Below, one piece after another: positions 32,764-42,535 of a stretch of 64,000 nt of DNA. The translations under genes and the position numbers were made by a program. The stretch is from Nitrospirota bacterium (GTDB lineage Bacteria; Nitrospirota; UBA9217). The stretch's first letter is position 1. Every line of letters begins with the position of its first letter. Below the pieces are notes generated by a model. The model saw nothing but the letters and a program-made list of their open reading frames with translations, was not told where the DNA came from and made no database searches. The stretch is from the NCBI GenBank assembly GCA_963751455.1, contig CAVVUN010000015.1:1024001-1088000 (forward strand), in the 5' to 3' direction.

Positions 32764-33228
32764 ATGCGGAATAACGTAAAAATTCTTATCCGACCCGCCT
32801 TGCGTGACGACATCCAGCAGCTTTGCGAGCTCCTTGCGGAGCTGTTCTCCCTTGAGTCCGATTTCATGCCTTCCCGTGAAAAACAGGAAAAAGGCCTGAG
32901 GCTGCTGCTGGAACAGTCCTCCAGCTTGTCGGTCGTGCTCGTTGCCGAGCAGGAGGGGCAGGTGCTCGGCATGTGCTCCGTCCAGACGGTTATTTCAACA
33001 GCGGAAGGCGGCCCCGCCGGGATCGTGGAGGACGTCGTTGTGCATCGGGATCACCGGGGACAGGGGATTGGGGCCTCGCTTCTTGGGTCCGCCATGGCCT
33101 GGTGCACGAAGCAGGGAATCACCCGGATGCAGCTCCTTGCGGACAGAGACAACGCTCCTGCCTTGCAATTTTATTTCTCACGCGGATGGACCGGCACCGG
33201 TTTAATCTGCCTCAGGAAACGCTTCTGA
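32764..33228 (+). CDS. GNAT family N-acetyltransferase
   Basis: ISTAEGG, VEDVVV, RGQGIG acetyl-CoA motif, N.PA..FY. Confidence 0.85.
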   Translation: MRNNVKILIRPALRDDIQQLCELLAELFSLESDFMPSREKQEKGLRLLLEQSSSLSVVLVAEQEGQVLGMCSVQTVISTAEGGPAGIVEDVVVHRDHRGQGIGASLLGSAMAWCTKQGITRMQLLADRDNAPALQFYFSRGWTGTGLICLRKRF

Positions 33229-33336
33229 CTCCTCGCCCCGCGGCTTCTGGCGCGAAACTGTGCACCTGCCTGTTCATGATTCTTTTCCCTGTTCACTTCT
33301 TCGGCAAAAACCCTTGATACCCCGTGTTTTCTCCTC

Positions 33337-33352
33337 TGGCAGCAATATTGCT
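33337..33352 (+). promoter_or_regulatory. sigma54 promoter of nifB
   Basis: TGGCAGCAATATTGCT with correct GG-N10-GC spacing. Confidence 0.7.
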
Positions 33353-33385
33353 ATTGCAGTAGATGACTGCAAAAGGAGATATCCC

Positions 33386-34276
33386 ATGATCATAATACGG
33401 CAGGACCAACAGTCCATCATACAGACACACCCCTGTTTTTCCGAAGAAGCCCATCACCGGTTCGGCAGGATCCATCTGCCCGTAGCGCCTGCCTGCAATA
33501 TCCAGTGCCGCTACTGCATACGCAAGTTTGACTGCGCCAATGAGTCCCGTCCGGGCATTACGAGCAAGGTCCTGACGCCGGACGAGGCAATGGAGCGTGT
33601 CCGGGCCCTGGTCGAACGGAATGAGCGGCTGACGGTGGTCGGCATCGCCGGTCCGGGCGACCCCCTGGCGAACGCAGACACGTATCGGGTGCTGCGCCGG
33701 ATCAATCACGAATTTCCGGAGCTGACCCTGTGCGTATCCACGAACGGGCTCCTGCTCGGGGACCGCCTGGCACAGGTCCTCGCCGCCGGCGTGCGCAGTC
33801 TGACGATCACGATCAACGCCGTGTCGATCAAGACCGCTTCGGCTGTCTATGCATGGGTGCTCTACGACGGCAAGCGGTATGAGGGTGCGGAAGCAGCGCG
33901 CCTGCTTCTGGCAAATCAGTGGCAGGGACTGTTTCACGCTGTCAGGGCGGGGCTCGCCGTGAAGGTCAATACCGTCTGGATCCCGGGCGTCAATGACGCT
34001 GAAGTGCCGCTGATCGCGGAACGGGCCGGAAGCCTGGGAGTTCATATCATGAACATTCTTCCGCTTATCCCGCAGGCCGGGTTCGGTCATCTGAAACGGC
34101 CGGACCATCAGGCCGTTTCCGCGATGCGTGAGCAATGCCGGCCCTTTGTTTCGCAGATGAGCCACTGCCGGCAGTGCAGGGCGGACGCCTGCGGTATCTT
34201 GGGCGAGGACAAGGACATGGAACTGGAAGTGCTGATGGCGCGCATCGGCGAGGATTACACTGAAGCGGTATATTGA
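33386..34276 (+). CDS. nifB: NifB radical SAM protein (short form, no NifX-like domain)
   Basis: HPC, HLPVAPACNIQCRYC, ESRPG, AGPGDPLAN, STNG, CRQCRADACG. Confidence 0.95.
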   Translation: MIIIRQDQQSIIQTHPCFSEEAHHRFGRIHLPVAPACNIQCRYCIRKFDCANESRPGITSKVLTPDEAMERVRALVERNERLTVVGIAGPGDPLANADTYRVLRRINHEFPELTLCVSTNGLLLGDRLAQVLAAGVRSLTITINAVSIKTASAVYAWVLYDGKRYEGAEAARLLLANQWQGLFHAVRAGLAVKVNTVWIPGVNDAEVPLIAERAGSLGVHIMNILPLIPQAGFGHLKRPDHQAVSAMREQCRPFVSQMSHCRQCRADACGILGEDKDMELEVLMARIGEDYTEAVY

Positions 34277-34340
34277 GCAGGTCACAAGATGTTATTCTTT
34301 TCCAAACTTGACATGGTCAACGCGAATGTTTTCAGCAGTT

Positions 34341-34406
34341 TGTAGGGCAACCCTTCAGGGTTGCGGCATTTCGGCGATTTCAGCAAGGCTAAAGCCTTGC
34401 CCTACA
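34341..34406. repeat. GTAG-family REP doublet
   Basis: TGTAGGGCAACCCTTCAGGGTTGC...GCAAGGCTAAAGCCTTGCCCTACA. Confidence 0.8.
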
Positions 34407-34430
34407 AGTCTGGCCGCGGCAGGAGCCTCC

Positions 34431-35210
34431 ATGAATAAGCCACTAAGTCACGGCGAACGGGACCGTTATCGCAGACAGATGATCCTGCCCGGATTTACCG
34501 AAGACCATCAGAAGCGGCTCAAAAATTCGAGCGCCCTGATTGCAGGTGTCGGAGGGCTGGGCGGGACAGCGGCGCTTTATCTTGCGGCAGCAGGCATCGG
34601 CCGGCTGGTACTGGCACATGCGGGAACGGTCACGCTGTCCAACATGAACAGGCAGATCCTGATGAAGAACCGCATTGGCAAGAGCAGGGTCGTTCAGGCA
34701 AAGGAAACCATCAGGGAAATGAACCCGGATGTGGATATCGATATTTACGATGAACGGATCACGGAGCGCAATGTCGGGACCCTGATTGGCGCAACACGAA
34801 TAGCTTTGTCCGCACGACCGAACTTTGAAGAGCGGCGGACCTTGAACAAGGCTTGTATCGAAAACAACATTCCCATGGTTGAGGCTGCCATGAACGGAAT
34901 GGAAGGATATATCTTCAATGTCATTCCCCGGGTCACGTCCTGCGTGCACTGCGTCTTTCCCGAGGACGATCCTTCCTGGAAGGAACTCGGTTTTCCGGTC
35001 CTCGGAGCGGTTTCCGGAATGCTCGGGTGCATAATGGCTCTGGAAGCGATTAAGCTGCTGACGGGGTATGGAAAACCTCTATTTTCCGAAATGCTAATGT
35101 ATAACACGCTGGATATGGACTTTAAAAAATTGAGGGTTCCCCGAAACGAGTCGTGCGAAATATGCGCAGGAGCCATTACGGGAAAGAGGAGGGAGGGGCC
35201 ATGTTTATAG
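34431..35210 (+). CDS. hesA: HesA/MoeB/ThiF family protein
   Basis: RYRRQM, GVGGLGG, SNMNRQILM, NFEER, two CxxC motifs; nif-cluster context. Confidence 0.75.
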   Translation: MNKPLSHGERDRYRRQMILPGFTEDHQKRLKNSSALIAGVGGLGGTAALYLAAAGIGRLVLAHAGTVTLSNMNRQILMKNRIGKSRVVQAKETIREMNPDVDIDIYDERITERNVGTLIGATRIALSARPNFEERRTLNKACIENNIPMVEAAMNGMEGYIFNVIPRVTSCVHCVFPEDDPSWKELGFPVLGAVSGMLGCIMALEAIKLLTGYGKPLFSEMLMYNTLDMDFKKLRVPRNESCEICAGAITGKRREGPCL

Positions 35211-35365
35211 TTGGAGTTTTGGCGTTCAGCATTATCGTGATCGTCGTTTCTTACGTCATTGCGAATTCCGAGGATTACGACAGGGGAAAGGTGGCTTCAT
35301 TCACCGTGCTTGTTGCCTGGGGCTCGATGCTGGTCGGCCTTCTCCTTTCAAAAGTTGGACAATAG
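35201..35365 (+). CDS. Small two-TM membrane protein
   Basis: 54 aa, hydrophobic, strong RBS, overlaps the hesA stop. Confidence 0.5.
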   Translation: MFIVGVLAFSIIVIVVSYVIANSEDYDRGKVASFTVLVAWGSMLVGLLLSKVGQ

Positions 35366-35541
35366 ATAGAAATAGTTCGAAACTGCATGATTTTAAAATC
35401 TCCCCCTTCCCCTCTTTGCCAAAGAGGGGAGTTCCTCCCTTTGAAAAGGGAGGTTAGGAGGGATTTTATAATAAAGAGTGTCACTTGTATTACGAAACGG
35501 GGTTAATATTCGGGCTTTGTGTTTGCGCGAGGCTGGGAACC

Positions 35542-36660
35542 GTGAATCGAGAACCTGCATTGAAAACGGAGATATTAGATACTACCCTCAGGGAAGGAGA
35601 GCAGTGCTACGGCGTCTTCTTCCCGAAGGAAGTCAAGAAACGAATCGCATACTTGCTGGATGAGATCGGAGTGGACTTCATCGAAGTCGGGCATCCTGCT
35701 GCAGCGCCTTCGATCAGGGAAGCCGTATCGGAAATTGCGGGTCTGCATTTACGAGCACGTCTTATAGGCCATGCGCGGCTGGACAAGGCCGAGATACGTC
35801 TGGTTAAAGAACTTGGACTGTCATGGGTGGGTCTCTTCAGCGGCATCAGCGACCGGAGCCTCAAGAGATACGGACTGACCAGGCAGGAGCTCTATAAAAA
35901 GGCCGGCAATGCAGTGCTGTACGCGAAAGAGCAGGGCCTGTATATAAAATTTACCTGCGAAGACGCGTCCCGTACCGACATGAACGACGTTATTCATTTT
36001 TATCAGTACCTGCAATCCATGGGCGTTGACCGGCTGAGTTATGCTGATACGCTGGGAATCATGAGTCCCGGGGAGATCGGGGATTTGGCCGCGGCGCTCG
36101 AAGGCAGAATTGATTTCAATCTGCTGCATTTCCACTTTCACGACGATTTCGGCAGGGCGAACGAAAATGCCGTCCGTGCCGCCGAGCGCGGAGCACTGTG
36201 CATCGATGCCAGCATTCTGGGTATCGGGGAACGCGCCGGCCTCGTGTCTCTCGGGACCATTCTCGCCTTCCTGAACGGGAAAAACGGCAATAAGCACGAA
36301 ACCGCGCCGCTCAGAGAGGCTGCCGAACTGGTAAGAAGCTGCATCAACCAGGATCACTATAGAAATCGAAGGTTCGCCCACAAGTCGGGCATTCATATAA
36401 ACGGGACGATCAAGGACCCGGCATCCTATGAACCCGTAGAGCCGGACAGCGCCGGGTGGAAAAGAATTCTCGTGTTGAGCAAGCTGATAGGGAGATCGGG
36501 TTTGAAGACGATCCTGTCACGTCATGGTTTCCGTCATGCCGAGCAGGATGTCGCCTCCCTTCTGCAGGAAATAAAATCAGAGGACCTGCTTGAACTTGCG
36601 GAGCCGGAAGAAATAAGCAGGTATTTTACGGAAAGGGGGCTGAAAATACAGGAGGCGTAA
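35542..36660 (+). CDS. nifV: Homocitrate synthase (NifV function inferred from context)
   Basis: ILDTTLREGEQ, EDASR, ADTLG, HFHDD, GIGERAG, FAHKSGIH, YEP. Confidence 0.75.
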   Translation: MNREPALKTEILDTTLREGEQCYGVFFPKEVKKRIAYLLDEIGVDFIEVGHPAAAPSIREAVSEIAGLHLRARLIGHARLDKAEIRLVKELGLSWVGLFSGISDRSLKRYGLTRQELYKKAGNAVLYAKEQGLYIKFTCEDASRTDMNDVIHFYQYLQSMGVDRLSYADTLGIMSPGEIGDLAAALEGRIDFNLLHFHFHDDFGRANENAVRAAERGALCIDASILGIGERAGLVSLGTILAFLNGKNGNKHETAPLREAAELVRSCINQDHYRNRRFAHKSGIHINGTIKDPASYEPVEPDSAGWKRILVLSKLIGRSGLKTILSRHGFRHAEQDVASLLQEIKSEDLLELAEPEEISRYFTERGLKIQEA

Positions 36661-36886
36661 CGAGGGTGAGAGTTGCACCTACATGTGTGCAGTCATGCTA
36701 AGATTAAAATCGTGTGAAATACGGACCGTAACTTAAAAAGCGCAGCGCAACGGGTGCAACGACGTCCCGGAAATAGGCGCGAAGCACAAGATATACGATG
36801 CCCTTTCTCATCTTCACTTCCTCCTTTTGACGTTAAGCGGCCATTGTCCGCCACTACCGGTTGGCGTGGGGCGGTATTTTGCCGGA

Positions 36887-36983
36887 GCCAAACGAGTCTG
36901 TAGAATAAGTCCCTCTCAAAGCCCCGACGCACAAGGCTTCGTTTAACGCGATTAAACTTCCGCGATGTCTCTCGATGTTGGAC
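36887..36983 (-). repeat. Degenerate attC-like site
   Basis: GCCAAAC...GTTGGAC ends; weak internal pairing. Confidence 0.4.
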
Positions 36984-37107
36984 AAGTAATGGAAAACCCG
37001 TCGTTCGGGCTCAGAATCGTCATCATCGCTATTCTTATTAGCATCAGCGAAATTACGTCGCTGCCTTCAAGAGTCTAAAATCAGCCCTTTCAGGGGTTTT
37101 TCTACAG

Positions 37108-37166
37108 GCTCAACGAGCGGCTAAGACGCGCAACTCTGCGCGTCGTTCTTGAGCCGCTTGTTAGCT
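37108..37166 (-). repeat. attC site
   Basis: GCTCAAC GAGCGGCTAAGA...TCTTGAGCCGCTT GTTAGCT; contains the stop codon of the upstream cassette gene. Confidence 0.8.
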
Positions 37167-37792
37167 CGCACTCTTGTTTTGTAAAAATTTACTTGCCAGT
37201 TTGTGAGTTTGGGCGATACGCTTGTTTGCAACGTCCCAGCGCTGCAATTCGTTTTTTACCAACTCCTTATGCTTTTTGCTTATATCGCGGATTGCATTTC
37301 CGACAGACTTCCGCACATATTCACTCTCATCATTCCGAGCCGGCTCAACAACTGAATAGCAATTTCCGGATGGTCACGAAAGTAGGCACGCCCCGTCCAA
37401 ATTCTCAGCCCTTCTGTGACTGCACGTCTCACGTTAGGCGAGGAATCTGACAACCACTCCTTGATGACAGGTAGGGCTTGTTCATAGCCAACGTCAGCAC
37501 AATACCTGTCGAAAGCCTTTGCCAGGATCTCTTGTACGCGCCAATCAACATCTTGACTGACACCCCGTTTTAGAAGTTTGAGGCTCTCGTTCGAGTTGGC
37601 CGCCAATCGGCCTAAAATGAACGTTGCCAGTGAGCGCGCCTGGTATATTTCTGAAGAGAATAGTTGTTTGGCAATACAAAGACTCTCTTTGGCAGCTTGC
37701 TCAACTACGACTTCATCTGCTGCTTTCTGAATGTCTAAGAACCCGTATTCCGTCTTTCGGACTCGTTGAATGAGTTTCTGTATCGTATCCAT
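37161..37792 (-). CDS. DNA alkylation repair (AlkD-like HEAT-repeat) protein, frameshift near 37340
   Basis: DWRVQEILAKAFD, NVRRAVTEGLRIWT, DESEYVRKSVGNAIRDISK; TAA lies inside the attC. Confidence 0.8.
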
Positions 37793-37821
37793 TTCATTTA
37801 AATCCTTTGTTCGTGTACATG

Positions 37822-37871
37822 CGTTAACGGAGAGTTGAGCCGCCAAGGGCGGCTCGAACGACAGGTCATGC
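37822..37871 (-). repeat. Short, degenerate attC site
   Basis: CGTTAAC..GTTGAGCCGCC AAG GGCGGCTCGAAC..GTCATGC. Confidence 0.6.
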
Positions 37872-37912
37872 TATGGTCGTGAAGCAACAAATCGGGGTTT
37901 ATTTGAGTGTAG

Positions 37913-39295
37913 TCAAAGCTTGGGATCTCTTAACTTACCTTCTTGAAAAGCGGTAAAAACCGATTCTAAATCCGCCGTCTTCGAAATATCAAAAAGGCAC
38001 TTAGCTTGTTCAAAATATTCTTTTGATTCAGACCTTGCAAAGATTTCAAAAGCACTCTCATGCCTTTCTAGATAAACCAATGTTTCCGGTCGCCAGCTTT
38101 GTAAAGTGCCGGTTCTAATACAGTCAAAACAATCACGCATAAATAAGACAAAATCAGCTTGCATCAGTGAGCGAAATTGGAACCCAGATGTCTTTGTTCG
38201 TTTCTCAAGCAAGTCTGACCACAAGGAGATGCGCTGTAACTTAAGGCGGGCATTCCTATCTTGAACCGATCGCACATGTTGCCTAATGTCGGCGAATGAA
38301 ACCATTTTATTATCGGTCGACCCTTTTTCGAAAAAGTACCGGTGCCGAACTAAGTAGGAGACAGCATCGAAGCATTCATATTTAAGAAAGCTTGCGATCG
38401 CATATAGAAAAAGTTCATGAATGATAAATTTAAAATTATCGAAATCCCGTTCTCGCCAACTTGTTAAATGACTTGGCTGATACATGTACGGCATTAATTG
38501 CTCAAAAAATCTGTGCAATGATTGGTGTGTCTCACTTATATTGCGGTACTGAGCCAATGCTAAAAAAATCTCTATAGCTTCATTTCGAAATGGAAGAAAC
38601 TCATCGATATTTTTAACTACCTCATCATCGAATTCACCGTCAGCCTTTCCGATGCGAAAACGCTCTAGATTCTCAACGAATGTTTCAGCATACTCGTTGA
38701 GGGCACCTTTGCAGTAGTCTTTGTTATTTCGGATAGCTTCAAGAGCTCTTCGGAAACGAGGTCCTGTGCCGAGACTAACCGTTGCTGAATCTGATAAAAA
38801 AGCCGGCTTCTTACCGAGGTCTGGTTTTAAGTAAAGCGGTTTATTGTAGATCCATCGGAGTAACTGTTCAAAGTTTTTCGAGTAAAGGTCGTTGTCGCTA
38901 AGATCAATATAAATTCGAGACTTGTAATATATCGGTAAATAGACTTTCCCTTCTTCGTTTCTTTCGGCAATGATTGCCACAAATTTATTTTGCTCTTGTT
39001 TTTCGTAAATCTCAGGAGAAATGATCTGCGTTTCTGTTCCGACACCACCGCTACGATTGTTTGCTTTTTCTACATAAATTCGGTCACAGACGATACCAAC
39101 TTTTCCGATAGACGGATCTACGACCATCTTTTCCATGAAAGCGTGGGCATCTTGACCCTCTTTTAAGTCCCATTTATCGAGAATTACATCGATACCGCTC
39201 TCACGTAGTTCGCTGGCCAGCTTTATAACCCATTGTTCGTGCTCGGGCGAACTCCAGCTATATGAGATAAATAATTTTGGGCTTTCTTCGGCCAT
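37913..39295 (-). CDS. SEFIR/TIR-domain protein (cassette)
   Basis: KLFISYSW, LRESGIDVILDKWDLKEGQD, GGVGTE, SRIYIDLS; long helical C-terminus. Confidence 0.85.
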   Translation of the reverse strand: MAEESPKLFISYSWSSPEHEQWVIKLASELRESGIDVILDKWDLKEGQDAHAFMEKMVVDPSIGKVGIVCDRIYVEKANNRSGGVGTETQIISPEIYEKQEQNKFVAIIAERNEEGKVYLPIYYKSRIYIDLSDNDLYSKNFEQLLRWIYNKPLYLKPDLGKKPAFLSDSATVSLGTGPRFRRALEAIRNNKDYCKGALNEYAETFVENLERFRIGKADGEFDDEVVKNIDEFLPFRNEAIEIFLALAQYRNISETHQSLHRFFEQLMPYMYQPSHLTSWRERDFDNFKFIIHELFLYAIASFLKYECFDAVSYLVRHRYFFEKGSTDNKMVSFADIRQHVRSVQDRNARLKLQRISLWSDLLEKRTKTSGFQFRSLMQADFVLFMRDCFDCIRTGTLQSWRPETLVYLERHESAFEIFARSESKEYFEQAKCLFDISKTADLESVFTAFQEGKLRDPKL

Positions 39296-39324
39296 AGGTT
39301 ATGCCTCCTACCCTTGTTAAATCG

Positions 39325-39386
39325 AGATAACGACGCGGGTGACGCGCCGCCGTCTGGCGCGACGCTGTCGACCCGCCTCGTTAGAA
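39325..39386 (-). repeat. attC site
   Basis: AGATAAC..GCGGGTGAC GCGCC..GGCGC..GTCGACCCGC..GTTAGAA with the extra-helical G. Confidence 0.85.
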
Positions 39387-39424
39387 TAAAAAATTATTCT
39401 GGGAGCTAATCGTATGTTGAATCG

Positions 39425-40102
39425 CTATTGTTCATTGTGCCGCTTGATTAAATCTTTAATAGGTACCCCGTAATTCTGTTTGGCATAGAGGATCATATCT
39501 TTTATTGCGGTATCAAGCTTAGTTCTTCGAGTAAGATAACTGTAATACTCAACATTTTTTTCAGACAGCCTATCTATCATATACTCAAGTTCTCTTTCTT
39601 CTTGACCCGCGTCCCAGCGTCGACTTGCAAAGTGGAGCTTATCATATAGGTAATTTCTAATTTCATCTAAGGCGAGGGATATTATCCGAGGTTTTTCTTT
39701 TTCTGAAAAGAATACAGGGTGCCATTGACTTAGTTGATATATGCAGGAATAGACATTTTTGTATATTTGAGCGCCGTCGATTCTGATGACTTCATCGACC
39801 TCTGCCTGATCCAATATAAGTGCATCACGCCAGAAATCATATTCCTTATCGTGATAATCTTTGCCATCGCACTCTATGGCCAATTTGACGTTGTCGTGTA
39901 TAAGAATGAAATCTAATCTAAATTGTCCCCAAGCCGTTGGAATTTCATGTTGTCTTTTAAATGTAACCGCATCATGATCTAAAAAACCTAAAAGTTTACT
40001 TTCAAAAAGATCTTCAATCGGACTCTCGGGTGATGAATCCATGGCATTAAGAATCGTATCCCAGAGTTGCTTCTTAGGCTTATTTTTGCTTGTATCATCC
40101 AT
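39425..40102 (-). CDS. DUF559/Vsr-like PD-(D/E)xK endonuclease (cassette)
   Basis: ESPIE, QHEI, RLDF, AIECDGKDYH, D..RD. Confidence 0.75.
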   Translation of the reverse strand: MDDTSKNKPKKQLWDTILNAMDSSPESPIEDLFESKLLGFLDHDAVTFKRQHEIPTAWGQFRLDFILIHDNVKLAIECDGKDYHDKEYDFWRDALILDQAEVDEVIRIDGAQIYKNVYSCIYQLSQWHPVFFSEKEKPRIISLALDEIRNYLYDKLHFASRRWDAGQEERELEYMIDRLSEKNVEYYSYLTRRTKLDTAIKDMILYAKQNYGVPIKDLIKRHNEQ

Positions 40103-40145
40103 AAAGCATGACCTCGTTAAAAGGCCCGTTCCTCATCAAAGTGAA

Positions 40146-40490
40146 TCAGCGATCAGCTATGAACCGCGATGTATATCTATAAAGCACGACCAATATGTGC
40201 AATATCAAAGACCACCAAATCGTTCCGATGATTAAATAAAGAATAAATGTTATTGCCGTTTGCAATCTGAATGATTCAACAATGCCATGATAAAAGGGTT
40301 TCATTGATTCTACTGCAATTGAAGCTGGAATATTGGCTGTAAAAGCAAAGAACCAGGACCAACACTCTACGCCGCCTCCGTCGTGGCAGCTGAGCGCACG
40401 CATAGCCTCGGCAAAGCAAAGAATAAATTCTATGCCAAATATTGAAGCTATCAAGTTGCCATTTAACTTGAATAAGTTTTGAATGCTCAT
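40146..40490 (-). CDS. Hypothetical membrane protein (cassette)
   Basis: 114 aa with three hydrophobic segments, directly after an attC remnant. Confidence 0.55.
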   Translation of the reverse strand: MSIQNLFKLNGNLIASIFGIEFILCFAEAMRALSCHDGGGVECWSWFFAFTANIPASIAVESMKPFYHGIVESFRLQTAITFILYLIIGTIWWSLILHILVVLYRYTSRFIADR

Positions 40491-40507
40491 CTCAGGCTTA
40501 ATCTTCA

Positions 40508-40542
40508 GACTAACGCGGCGCTGACCGCCGCCTTTGGCGCGT
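40508..40542 (-). repeat. Truncated attC (one arm lost)
   Basis: GACTAACGCGGCGCTGAC matches the start of the 42475 and 43241 sites, then breaks off. Confidence 0.6.
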
Positions 40543-40551
40543 ATAATTTAC

Positions 40552-41450
40552 TCAATCCAAACGGGGGACAGGTGTGATGACAAAGCGCCCCCTTTTGTCA
40601 GTTGTTTCAGGCCGGAACCGTAGAATGATATTTGCCAGAGACGCCACTCCAGCTCTTCTGGTGTGGCCGTGAACACAATTGTTTTTTCGTCGTTCGATAA
40701 GTAAGAAAATCTCGTGAACCAATAGGGGGTTGGAAAATCTGAGTAACCTTTTTAGACACCAAGTCAAATTTCCAGAGAAACTGTAAGCCGGGAGCTTCCG
40801 ACCGGCAAAGATTATCGTATTATCGCCGGCCCAACGAGGAGATATACAGCTATTGAAGTCAGTCAAAATTTGCTCTTTTATGACGATCGTTCCATTTACA
40901 ACATTTCCAATTAGAAATCCCTGGAATTTACCGGGGGAAATAGCCACTTTGTCCCCTGATTTCGAAAACGATAAGCCCTGTGGATTTAATGTTGAAGTGC
41001 CAATAACGGGTACTGATGTCCAATCCTTCTTTTCGAGTGAGTACCTATAAACACCTTTGAAGTAATTTACAGCGTAAAGAAATTGACCGCTTGGATCAAA
41101 ACTAGGGCGATACAATTGCTCTTTATATCCAGTCCCTGAAAAATACGTTCTTTCTTATTTCTTTTAAGATCCAGCAGGTACAGGGAGTGAGGTTCTTCGT
41201 GGCCTCTTGCGCCCTCGAAGGCGAGGAGATGCCGTTGCTTGGAATAGGATAGATCACCGATATTTAGCAAACCAACATCAATTTGTCGAATTTCGCCTGT
41301 CGCGTGATCTAACATGTGAAGACCGCCCTCGTGTTCAGCAAAGAATGCAATTCCAACGGCGGGCAAGCCGCGGTCAGCGGCCTCAGTACATCCGCATGCC
41401 AGGAGACCGAGAATTGCAATTGCATATAAGAGCCGCAACGACTTCATCAT
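40552..41450 (-). CDS. TolB-like beta-propeller lipoprotein (frameshifted cassette gene)
   Basis: Lipobox-like LLACGC; PD40-like repeats PSFDPSG, LSFSKSG, PRWAGD. Confidence 0.6.
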
Positions 41451-41463
41451 AAGAATCTCCAAG

Positions 41464-41523
41464 GTATAACGCGCGGATGAGACGCGATGCTTTACCGCGT
41501 CGTTCTCGATCCGCAAGTTATAA
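41464..41523 (-). repeat. attC site
   Basis: GTATAAC GCGCGGATGAGA...TCTCGATCCGCAA GTTATAA. Confidence 0.85.
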
Positions 41524-41671
41524 CCTTTTCATTCTTACACAATTGCCGATTGTAGTCCTCTTTCAGCGGGTGTGAAGTTGAATAACGGAGTCCGTCTCAC
41601 GGATCGACGATTTCACCATCACCAACGATGTTTCGCCGACTTCGCACAAGTTGTCCGAATCTTTCGCTCTC

Positions 41672-42436
41672 TCATTTTGGTCTCTTTAACTGCTTATTTC
41701 TCTTCATACAATATGTCAAGAACATTAAAGTATGCTGTCGTTTTACCCACACATCCATTTTGTTAACATCCATTGTTTTCGCGCAGACCTCCAGCAGACC
41801 GGAAGCTTCGGGATCTTTGTTAAGGATTGGGTTGACCACCCTGGTATCAAGATTGTGACCGTTGTTCATAGGGATTTGATATTGCGGGCACATAGCATCA
41901 AAAAGCGATAAAATCAGATCCTGGTTTGATAAACCTAGGTTTTGGTTTTTAAGTGAAGCTAAGCCGGTATCAATGACTTTCGCTGCATTTGGCAAAAACC
42001 AAACAAAAGCCCCCTGAGCAGTATCTACGTATTCGGCTGTTTCATCTACAGCAGGTCCGATCAAGAAGTTTTCGTCAATAAGATGCTGGCCATGGGTAAT
42101 ACAACCTCTCAAAAAAAGATGAGGTTCATTTTGAAGAAAGAGGTTTGCCACAGCTTGAATAGTTGCAGTAATAGCCAGTAGATCACTGAATGAGTCAAAT
42201 TTTTCTTCGTTGTGTGTAAGGCTTATAGCCACTCTATCAGAGAGTAATCTAACTTCAGGCATAAAGAAATCAGTGTTGAAACGTACCGGATAATTGGAAT
42301 TGTTTATGAATACTTGCAAGCCTTCCAGCACGGAGGTTCGTACTAGCCTCAACTTCGACAACAGTTGTTCATGTCCATTTTTCCACAAACCCTTGAAACC
42401 TAAACAATCCATCAATGCAAAAGCGCCATATTTCAT
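41672..42436 (-). CDS. Class III nucleotide-cyclase-like (palm fold) hypothetical protein (cassette)
   Basis: AFALMDCLGFK, LLSD, LRGCITHG, IGPAV motif pattern. Confidence 0.55.
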   Translation of the reverse strand: MKYGAFALMDCLGFKGLWKNGHEQLLSKLRLVRTSVLEGLQVFINNSNYPVRFNTDFFMPEVRLLSDRVAISLTHNEEKFDSFSDLLAITATIQAVANLFLQNEPHLFLRGCITHGQHLIDENFLIGPAVDETAEYVDTAQGAFVWFLPNAAKVIDTGLASLKNQNLGLSNQDLILSLFDAMCPQYQIPMNNGHNLDTRVVNPILNKDPEASGLLEVCAKTMDVNKMDVWVKRQHTLMFLTYCMKRNKQLKRPK

Positions 42437-42474
42437 CGTTCCCCCCTGAAGGCCTGTGCAATGTCTCTCTTTAC

Positions 42475-42533
42475 TTATAACGCGGCGCTGACGCGCCGCT
42501 TTCGGCGCGTCGCAGTCGAGCGCCATGTTGTCA
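42475..42533 (-). repeat. attC site
   Basis: TTATAAC GCGGCGCTGACGCGCCG CTTT CGGCGCGTCGCAGTCGAGCGCCAT GTTGTCA. Confidence 0.88.
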
Positions 42534-42535
42534 AA

